A stretch of 63,094 nucleotides of DNA, counting the filler. It is 7 parts of 7 records of this genome, joined end to end, with 100 filler letters (N's around TTAATTAATTAA, not from the genome) between each part and the next. Parts side by side here need not be neighbours in the genome. Positions count along the whole stretch, not along the records: positions 29,539 to 39,263 come from SRR31156797_10841; positions 39,364 to 49,725 come from SRR31156797_10843; 5 more parts are not named here. One strand, written 5' to 3'. Position 1 is the first letter of the stretch. The number at the start of each line of letters is the position of its first letter. Of this stretch, positions 37,047 to 44,789 are shown in pieces. A program made the position numbers and the translations under genes. The notes beneath the pieces are model-generated. The model did not search any database. It worked only from the letters and a program-made list of their open reading frames with translations, and had not been told where the DNA came from.

Positions 37047-39221
37047 ATGTCTAAAGAGAAAATAAATCTAAACATCTCAGGAATGACTTGTGTTAACTGC
37101 TCAAATGGAATTGAAAAGTTTTTAAACAAACAAAAAGGTGTACAAAGCACTAAAGTAAGCTTCGCTTCTAGTGAAGGAGAGTTTACTATTGATACTGAAA
37201 ATATGTCAAAAGATACTCTTATAAAAAAAATTGAACTTCTTGGATATAAAGTTGAAGAAGACTTTTCTCACTTAGAAAAAGCTCAAGAAAAAGAGTTCAA
37301 AAACCTTAAAAACCTTTTCTCTATTTCAATGACTATAACTGCATTTATGTTTGTAATCATGTTTTCAAGCATAGTTGATGTATCAGTTAAACAATATGCT
37401 ATCTTCGCCCTTGCAACAGTTGTACAATTCTTTTGTGGTGCTAGATTTTATAAATTAGCATATAAGGCTTTAAGTAACAAAAACTATGACATGAATGTTT
37501 TAGTTGCTCTAGGAACTAGTGCTGCATACTTTTATTCTACTTTTGTTGTATTCTTCCCAAGCTTATTTCCAGAGCATTTAAAATTCCTATATTTTGATGG
37601 AGCAGCTGTTATTATCTCTTTTGTTCTACTAGGAAGATTTTTAGAAGAACGTTCAAAACAAAAAGCTAGTGACTTTCTAAAAAAACTAATGACATTAGCT
37701 CCTAGCCTTGCAAATCTACTTGATGAAAAAGAGAATATAAAAGAAGTACTTGCAAGTGAACTTAAAATAGATGATAAGATTTTAGTTAAAACGGGTGAAA
37801 AGATACCTGCTGATGGAGAGATTATAAAAGGTCGTGCAGATATAGATACTTCAATGATTACAGGTGAATCGATGCCTGTCTTTAAAGAAGTAGGAGATGA
37901 AGTATTATCAGGAACTTTAAACACTAATGGTGTAATTACAGTAAAGGTTACAAAACTAGCAAGTGATACAACTTTATCAAAGATAATCAACCTTCTAAAA
38001 TCAGCTCAAAGTAAACAAATACCTATTAGTAGATTTGCAGATAAAATTGCAAATATCTTTGTACCTTCTGTAATTGTTATAGCTATTGCTACTTTTATTA
38101 TATGGGCTTTAGTTGGAGATATGCAAAATGCTATTTTAGCAAGTATTTCTGTACTTATTATCTCTTGTCCTTGTGCTTTAGGACTTGCTACTCCAATTGC
38201 TATTGTAAGTTCTGTAAGTAAAGGAGCTAAAGAAGGTATTTTAATCAAAAACCCTGAAGTTTTAGAAGTTATTAAAGACATACAATATGCAGTTTTTGAT
38301 AAAACAGGAACTTTAACAAAAGGTGAAATAGCTGTAACAAAAACAGATATAGATGAAAAATATTTCTCTAAAATATTAGCTGTTGAGAGTTTAAGTGAGC
38401 ACCCTATTTCTAAAGCTGTAGTAAACTATTTAAAAGATATAGAAAAGCAAAACTATGAGATAGAAGATTTAGAAATTATTGCAGGAAGAGGAATAAAAGC
38501 TAAAATAGATAATCAGCTAATTTTACTTGGAAATAAACAACTTTTAGAAGAGAATAATATAGAAATCAAAACTTCTCACTTAGAGTTTTATAATGAAAGA
38601 TTAGAGTTAGCAAATGGTGTTATTTTAGCATCTATTGAAAATGTAAGTATTGGCTCTTTTGCCCTTGAAGATGAACTAAAAGAGAATGCAAAAGAACTAA
38701 TTGAAAATCTAAAAAAACAAAATATAAAGCCTATTTTATTAACAGGAGATAATAAAATCACTGCTTCTAAAATAGCCTCTAAAATTGGTATCGATGAAGT
38801 TTATAGTGAAGTTATTCCAACTGAAAAATATGATGTCATTAAAAAAGTTCAAGAAAAAGGTAAAGTTATGTTTGTAGGAGATGGAATAAATGATGCTCCA
38901 TCAATCAAACAAGCAAACATTGGAGTAACTTTAAACTCTGGAGCTGATATTAGTAAAGATGCAGGAGATATAATTTTAGTAAACAATGAGCTTAACTCTA
39001 TTTCTAAAAGTATTAAGCTATCAATTGAAACAATGAAAATAATAAAACAAAATCTTTTCTGGGCATTTATTTATAATGCAATAGGAATTCCACTAGCAGC
39101 AGGTATTTTATATCCATTCTTTGGACTTATGTTATCACCAATGTATGCAGGAATAGCTATGAGTTTTAGTTCTGTGACAGTTGTTCTAAACTCTCTTAGA
39201 TTAAAACTAAAAAAGCTTTAA
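37047..39221 (+). CDS. copA: P1B-1 (Cu+/Ag+) P-type ATPase
   Basis: GMTCVNC, TGE, CPC, DKTGT, SEHP, GDGIND, YN and MxxSS motifs. Confidence 0.9.
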   Translation: MSKEKINLNISGMTCVNCSNGIEKFLNKQKGVQSTKVSFASSEGEFTIDTENMSKDTLIKKIELLGYKVEEDFSHLEKAQEKEFKNLKNLFSISMTITAFMFVIMFSSIVDVSVKQYAIFALATVVQFFCGARFYKLAYKALSNKNYDMNVLVALGTSAAYFYSTFVVFFPSLFPEHLKFLYFDGAAVIISFVLLGRFLEERSKQKASDFLKKLMTLAPSLANLLDEKENIKEVLASELKIDDKILVKTGEKIPADGEIIKGRADIDTSMITGESMPVFKEVGDEVLSGTLNTNGVITVKVTKLASDTTLSKIINLLKSAQSKQIPISRFADKIANIFVPSVIVIAIATFIIWALVGDMQNAILASISVLIISCPCALGLATPIAIVSSVSKGAKEGILIKNPEVLEVIKDIQYAVFDKTGTLTKGEIAVTKTDIDEKYFSKILAVESLSEHPISKAVVNYLKDIEKQNYEIEDLEIIAGRGIKAKIDNQLILLGNKQLLEENNIEIKTSHLEFYNERLELANGVILASIENVSIGSFALEDELKENAKELIENLKKQNIKPILLTGDNKITASKIASKIGIDEVYSEVIPTEKYDVIKKVQEKGKVMFVGDGINDAPSIKQANIGVTLNSGADISKDAGDIILVNNELNSISKSIKLSIETMKIIKQNLFWAFIYNAIGIPLAAGILYPFFGLMLSPMYAGIAMSFSSVTVVLNSLRLKLKKL

Positions 39222-39234
39222 ATAGCAGTTTAGA

Positions 39235-39260
39235 TAAAAGAGAAGAAAACTTCTCTTTTA
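39235..39260 (+). terminator. Terminator after copA
   Basis: TAAAAGAGAAG-AAAA-CTTCTCTTTTA. Confidence 0.75.
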
Positions 39261-39263
39261 TTC

Positions 39264-39363
39264 NNNNNNNNNNNNNNNNNNNNNNNNNNNNNNNNNNNNN
39301 NNNNNNNTTAATTAATTAANNNNNNNNNNNNNNNNNNNNNNNNNNNNNNNNNNNNNNNNNNNN
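39264..39363. other. Artificial contig spacer
   Basis: N44-TTAATTAATTAA-N44. Confidence 0.98.
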
Positions 39364-39453
39364 GAACTAGGCGACTTAAGAGACTTTAGCGAAATAAGAG
39401 ACTTTGGCGAACTAAGGGACTTAAGAGGCTATAGCGAACTAAGAGACTTGATC
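39364..39453 (+). repeat. Ten degenerate 9-bp tandem repeats
   Basis: GAACTAGGC GACTTAAGA GACTTTAGC GAAATAAGA GACTTTGGC GAACTAAGG GACTTAAGA GGCTATAGC GAACTAAGA GACTTGATC. Confidence 0.85.
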
Positions 39454-39459
39454 GAAGTG

Positions 39460-39587
39460 AATAACATTGAGCATCGCAAGGTGAATTACGCCCGACCAAC
39501 GGGAGGGCGAATAACGCGGAACGAAGTGAAGCAAATTACATCGAACAAAGTGAGGTAAATCACGCGAAGCGTAGTGAAGCAAATAAC
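39460..39587 (+). repeat. Array of five 24-26 bp hairpin units delimited by AATHAC hexamers
   Basis: AATAAC/AATTAC/AATCAC at 39460, 39484, 39510, 39534, 39558 and 39582. Each spacer folds into the same hairpin. Confidence 0.75.
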
Positions 39588-39773
39588 CACACACCAGCGA
39601 TGTCAACTTATTCAGAAATGATTATAAATAACACTGCTAAACCACAACCAATGAAAGAGATACCCAAATGTTAGAGTTTGTTAAAACGTTAAAAATTTAT
39701 ATATATAAATTATCTCTATATCTTTGCAACAAATAAAGGAAATAAAAAAGTTACAAATCGAAAAAAGAGACAA

Positions 39774-40955
39774 ATGAAATCAGAAAATGCAGGTTTTATG
39801 ACGAGGCAGGTACATGCCGGAGAATATGATGATCCCATGGGAAGTGCAACTGTACCCATTTATCAAACATCCACTTTTAAATTTAAGAATGCCGACCATG
39901 GAGCGGCCTGCTTTTCGGGAGAAAGCGACGGCTACATTTATACACGTCTGGGCAATCCAACCATTGGTGCACTTGAAACTGCTGTTGCAAACCTTGAAGG
40001 TGGTTTTGCCGGACTTGCTACTGCCTCAGGTATGGGAGCCATAACCACCGTATACCTTGCCTTTCTTGGAGCCGGTAAACATATTATCAGCCACAATGCC
40101 TTATACGGCCCTGCACGTGGTGTTATGGAAACTGTTTTTTCAAAGTTTGGCGTGGAATATTCATATGTCGACACTACAAACCTTGAAGAGGTGCGGAAAG
40201 CCATACGACCAAACACGGCAATGATCTATACCGAAACCCCGGCCAACCCAACCATCGGGATAACCGACCTGAAAGGTATCGCAGAAATTGCTCATGAAAT
40301 TGATGTACCTCTCGTAGTCGACAATACATTTTGCAGCCCATTCCTGCAGCGCCCCATTGAATTTGGTGCTGATGTGGTGGTACACTCCATGACAAAATTC
40401 ATCAACGGCCATGCTGATGTTGTTGCCGGAATGATTGTTTCCGCAAGTGAAAAACTCCATAAGATGATCAAGCCTGTGATGACCAATATGGGACCAAACA
40501 TGGACCCACACCAGGCTTATTTGGTTCATCGTGGTTTAAAAACTTTGGGACTCAGGATTGAAAAGGCACAGGCATCAGCCATTAAAATTGCTGAATACCT
40601 GGAGCAACATCCAAAGGTAGAATGGGTGAAATACCCCGGACTGAAATCACACCCACAATATGACCTGGCAAAACAGCAAATGGATGGTCCTGGCTCCATG
40701 ATCTCATTTGAACTGAAAGGCGGATTAGAAGCCGGCAAAAAAATGATGGATAGTGTTCAGCTTATATTGCTGGCCGTATCACTTGGTGGTGTAGAATCCT
40801 TGATCCAACATCCGGCATCTATGACCCACTCAAAAATTTCACACGAAAAGAAACTGCAGGCCGGAATCACAGATGGACTGGTGAGGTTTGCCATTGGCAT
40901 CGAAGATGTGGAAGATATTTTGGCTGATCTGGAACAGGCCCTTGAGAAAGTATAA
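39774..40955 (+). CDS. PLP-dependent trans-sulfuration enzyme (methionine gamma-lyase / cystathionine gamma-lyase family)
   Basis: PIYQTSTF, YTRLGNPT, ETPANP, HSMTKFINGH, LAVSLGG. TATCTTTG promoter at 39719-39726. Confidence 0.9.
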   Translation: MKSENAGFMTRQVHAGEYDDPMGSATVPIYQTSTFKFKNADHGAACFSGESDGYIYTRLGNPTIGALETAVANLEGGFAGLATASGMGAITTVYLAFLGAGKHIISHNALYGPARGVMETVFSKFGVEYSYVDTTNLEEVRKAIRPNTAMIYTETPANPTIGITDLKGIAEIAHEIDVPLVVDNTFCSPFLQRPIEFGADVVVHSMTKFINGHADVVAGMIVSASEKLHKMIKPVMTNMGPNMDPHQAYLVHRGLKTLGLRIEKAQASAIKIAEYLEQHPKVEWVKYPGLKSHPQYDLAKQQMDGPGSMISFELKGGLEAGKKMMDSVQLILLAVSLGGVESLIQHPASMTHSKISHEKKLQAGITDGLVRFAIGIEDVEDILADLEQALEKV

Positions 40956-40979
40956 AGTAACTTTTTTACAAAAAGAATG

Positions 40980-41010
40980 AAATGCTGCCTTAAATCGGGC
41001 AGCATTTTTT
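40980..41010 (+). terminator. Rho-independent terminator
   Basis: AAATGCTGCCT-TAAATC-GGGCAGCATTT followed by a T run. Confidence 0.8.
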
Positions 41011-41149
41011 GTATCCGGCCGCGAAAGATTATGCCTTTCATCATTAATTGTTCCTCATGATTACGCCACGAAAGTCATAGGAAATTGATTATTGGCTTAT
41101 CTTTGCTGTATATCAGAAAACAGAAAAAGAATAAATCAGTTGCCAAATT

Positions 41150-43396
41150 ATGATTCAACCTAAATTAACCTTACGAAAAGTAAACAACACCTTATCACCA
41201 CTTTTATTAATTCTCTTGCTTTTCAGTTTCTCTCATGAAACTCACGCCGACAATGAAACTGACAGCTTATTATCGTTCATCGAAAACAGTTCTGAGGAGA
41301 AAGAAAAAATTTCAGCTTACCAGTTATTGACTTATAAAATGATGTGGCAAAACCTGGACTCTTCAAAATTAATGCTTGATTCACTCCGGAACTGGGTAAA
41401 TCGCCTCGATCTGCCTGCAAATCAAATTAAAATCGAAAGTCTCATGGGCACTTACCATTGGTTCAGAGGAAGTCATGACACGGCACTTTCGTACTATCAC
41501 CATTCAAAAAGGATGGCTAAAAAAGAAGGCTTAAAAGATCAGCAGCTAAATATTTTTTCGAACCTGGGAGCTTTGCTCAATGTTGTGGGACAGTCTGACA
41601 GCGCAGCACATTATCTGGATCAGGCACTTCAACTAGCCATAGAATTGGATGACCAATCGTACCTGCCCAAAATCCATTTCGACCTTGGAAGTTATTATCA
41701 TAAAAAGGGTTTCGATCACATGGCGCTTGAACATTATCTGAAAGCACTGAGGCATTATGAAACGGAAAATGATTCGGTAAAATTAGTTTATGCATATAAC
41801 GGCCTGGGCAATGTTTACCAGGCAACAGGCGATTTTGAGAAATCCAAGTATTATAGCATGACGGCACTTGAAATGGACAAAAAGTTAGACAATATCTATT
41901 TAACCCCTGATCTGCTTAACAACCTGGGTGTGCTGTACTGGAAGAATAAAAGGGATTTTGATTCGGCCAGGATCTTTGTAAACAGGGCTATCGAAGCCAA
42001 TTTACCAACTAACAATCAATTTAATTTATACGCATATTTGATAAATCTTGGTGGAATTGAAATGGATGCAGGTAATTATAAGGAGGGCCTGTCCAGTTTT
42101 AAAAAGGCCCGGAAAATCTCCCACCAATTCCAGGATAATCAAAAGTTAAGTGCTTTGATCGTAAATACCGGTATCAGTTATAAAAATCTGGGCAATTATG
42201 ACTCTGCCGAATATTATTTGAAATCCGGATTGCAAAAGGCACTGGAATCGAAAGCTCTTACTTATGCAAGGAACGCATACAAACAGCTATTTAAAATCGA
42301 TTCGATCCGTGGCAACTACCTTTCAGCCATCGGTAATTTGCTGGCATATAATAAAATCAGCGACAGCCTGAGCAATGAAAACATCAGAAATAGAATCGCC
42401 GAATTAAGTATCATTTACGAAACCGAAAAGAAGGAGCAGGAAAACGAATTGCTGAGAACGAGAAACGAGCTCAACGAAAGGGTGATCTCAAACCAGAGAA
42501 TCATTGTTTTTATCAGCCTTGCCAGCCTGTTTATTATTGCAGTTTTTGTTGTGCTGTTGCTCAATAACCGTCGCAAATTGAAAAAAGCATATCATAAACT
42601 AGAATCCCAGAATAAACAGATCACTTTGAATAACAAAATCATTGAAGAAAAAAACGGGGATCTTCATTTACAAAAAGAGCAACTGACCATCCTCAACCAG
42701 ACCAAAGACAAATTTTTTTCGGTGGTTGCGCATGACCTTCGGAGTCCTTTCAACAGCCTGCTGGGATTTCTGGAAATACTTGAGGACAATTTTGAGACCA
42801 TGAACGATGATGAAAAACTTGACATCATTAAAACCCTGCATACAAACAGCAGAAATACCTATAACCTGCTGATAAACCTGTTGGAATGGTCACGCTCACA
42901 ACGCGGCCTGATAGCGGCGAATCCCGAAAAAGTAGAATTAAACAAATGCAGCAATGATACAATCCTGTTCCTGGAAAAACGCCTAAAAGACAAAAATCAG
43001 GTCATCGAAAACAACATTCCGGAAGGTTTACAAGTATTTGCCGACCCAAATTTAACAGGGAGCATTTTAATCAACCTCATTAACAATGCTATAAAATTTA
43101 CCCCCCGCGGTGGTAAAATCAGCCTTGAAGGACAAGCCGTTAATGGAAAAGCAAAAATCATCATCTCTGATACCGGTATCGGGATTCCACCGGAGCACCT
43201 GAACAAATTGTTTTCAATTTCGTCGGGCTTTAACCGGGTTGGCACTGAAAATGAGCCCGGAACCGGGCTGGGGCTTGTGATGGTTAGTGAATTTGTGGAA
43301 TTGATGGATGGTTCAATACGCGTGGAAAGCGTGGAAAAAAAAGGCACAACGTTTTACATTACTTTGCCTGCAAAAACAACTATCCAGGATGATTAA
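41150..43396 (+). CDS. TPR-containing sensor histidine kinase
   Basis: TPR-like helices (YNGLGNVY, LNNLGVLY), one TM helix, VAHDLRSPF, NAIKFT, GTGLGL. Confidence 0.9.
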   Translation: MIQPKLTLRKVNNTLSPLLLILLLFSFSHETHADNETDSLLSFIENSSEEKEKISAYQLLTYKMMWQNLDSSKLMLDSLRNWVNRLDLPANQIKIESLMGTYHWFRGSHDTALSYYHHSKRMAKKEGLKDQQLNIFSNLGALLNVVGQSDSAAHYLDQALQLAIELDDQSYLPKIHFDLGSYYHKKGFDHMALEHYLKALRHYETENDSVKLVYAYNGLGNVYQATGDFEKSKYYSMTALEMDKKLDNIYLTPDLLNNLGVLYWKNKRDFDSARIFVNRAIEANLPTNNQFNLYAYLINLGGIEMDAGNYKEGLSSFKKARKISHQFQDNQKLSALIVNTGISYKNLGNYDSAEYYLKSGLQKALESKALTYARNAYKQLFKIDSIRGNYLSAIGNLLAYNKISDSLSNENIRNRIAELSIIYETEKKEQENELLRTRNELNERVISNQRIIVFISLASLFIIAVFVVLLLNNRRKLKKAYHKLESQNKQITLNNKIIEEKNGDLHLQKEQLTILNQTKDKFFSVVAHDLRSPFNSLLGFLEILEDNFETMNDDEKLDIIKTLHTNSRNTYNLLINLLEWSRSQRGLIAANPEKVELNKCSNDTILFLEKRLKDKNQVIENNIPEGLQVFADPNLTGSILINLINNAIKFTPRGGKISLEGQAVNGKAKIIISDTGIGIPPEHLNKLFSISSGFNRVGTENEPGTGLGLVMVSEFVELMDGSIRVESVEKKGTTFYITLPAKTTIQDD

Positions 43397-43563
43397 CCAG
43401 CCAAAGTTGACAATCAGTTTGTATGGTCAGGTATTTGAAGGCGGAATTTGTTTTTTTGTAACAAAGAGGAGGTAATATCAGGTATTTCTTGAAACAAGGA
43501 GGATGTAAAATGATGAAGGAAGCATTGGATACACTTACGAAACTTTAAACCGTTCGCAACTGA

Positions 43564-44571
43564 TCAGATGTTGTCCAAAATCCTGAACCCGCACTTCGAA
43601 CAATTCCCCGCCTTATCCAATCCCGAAATCCAGGTATCATATCGGCTGCGGTCGATTGCTTTATGCCCACAGGAAGGACAACAGGTATTTTGCCCGTTGG
43701 TTGTTGAAACATTACCCAGGTAAACATAATCCAGTTGCTCCTTTGCCACTTCAAATAATTCATTCAAATCATTTGGTGAGGTTGGTGGGGCTGAACTTTT
43801 AAAGGTGGGGAAATACCTCGACAAATGAAGTACGGTATCCTTCCCAAGTTCACCTGCTATCCATTTCACCATTTCCAGGAATGTTTTCCGGTCATCGTTT
43901 TTCCCTGGAATAACCAGATTCGTGACCTCCAGATGCTTGCCCGAACGCCTGATCTGTTTCAGGGATTCCTTTACCGGACCTAACTTCGACATGGTCTGCG
44001 CACGGTAAAAATCTTCGGTAAAAGCTTTCAGGTCCACGTTAAAAGCGTCAATAACCTGCAGCAGATCAGCCAATGGCTTCGGATTGATGAATCCGTTTGT
44101 TACCATTACATTTTTCAATCCTTTGTTTTTTGAAAGCTCGCCAATATCCATCATAAACTCAAACCAAACTGTGGGCTCGTTATAGGTGAATGCGATTCCT
44201 GTGTTCCCTTTTTTTTCCATCGCTGCATTTACCAAATCGCGTGGCGAATATTTTTTCATGAAATCCAACCTTGCAGGAACAGCCTGGGATATCTCATAAT
44301 TTTGACAAAACTTACAGCGCAGATTACACCCAAAGCCTCCTATTGAGAAAATGATGCTCCCCGGATAAAAATGGTACAGTGGCTTTTTTTCGATTGGATC
44401 AAATCCTGCGGAGGAAACCTGTCCATGAGTACTGAGATAAAGGTCACCATCCTCATTTTTTCGCACCCTGCAAATCCCGGCCTTGCCATTTCCAATGGTG
44501 CAATGATGCGGACAGAGGTTGCATTTCACCTGGTCGCGGTATACTACTTCATAATATTTAGCTGAATGCAT
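43564..44571 (-). CDS. amrS: AmmeMemoRadiSam system radical SAM enzyme
   Basis: CNLCPHHC, DPIEKKPLYHFYPG, GCNLRCKFCQN, FTYNEP. Probable ATG at 44571, downstream of a TAACTTTG promoter. Confidence 0.9.
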   Translation of the reverse strand: MHSAKYYEVVYRDQVKCNLCPHHCTIGNGKAGICRVRKNEDGDLYLSTHGQVSSAGFDPIEKKPLYHFYPGSIIFSIGGFGCNLRCKFCQNYEISQAVPARLDFMKKYSPRDLVNAAMEKKGNTGIAFTYNEPTVWFEFMMDIGELSKNKGLKNVMVTNGFINPKPLADLLQVIDAFNVDLKAFTEDFYRAQTMSKLGPVKESLKQIRRSGKHLEVTNLVIPGKNDDRKTFLEMVKWIAGELGKDTVLHLSRYFPTFKSSAPPTSPNDLNELFEVAKEQLDYVYLGNVSTTNGQNTCCPSCGHKAIDRSRYDTWISGLDKAGNCSKCGFRILDNI

Positions 44572-44789
44572 AGGCAATATCAATTCATTCCTGCCAAAGT
44601 TAATCAATGTTTAAAAAATCGAACAATTGAGTATCACAATCCGATTGCACACATGAGAACACTACCCAGTCGAATCCGTACACAAAATCTTACAATTCAG
44701 TTTCACATGTAACATTAGGTTTTAAAAATCAACCAATTAATAGAAACGGTTCATTTATTGATAATCTGGCAGCAACCAAGATATTAACT

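Noticed and set aside
39364-39587. CRISPR array
   Set aside because: The constant part is only 6 nt, the spacers are 18-20 nt and structurally related to each other, and no cas genes are present.
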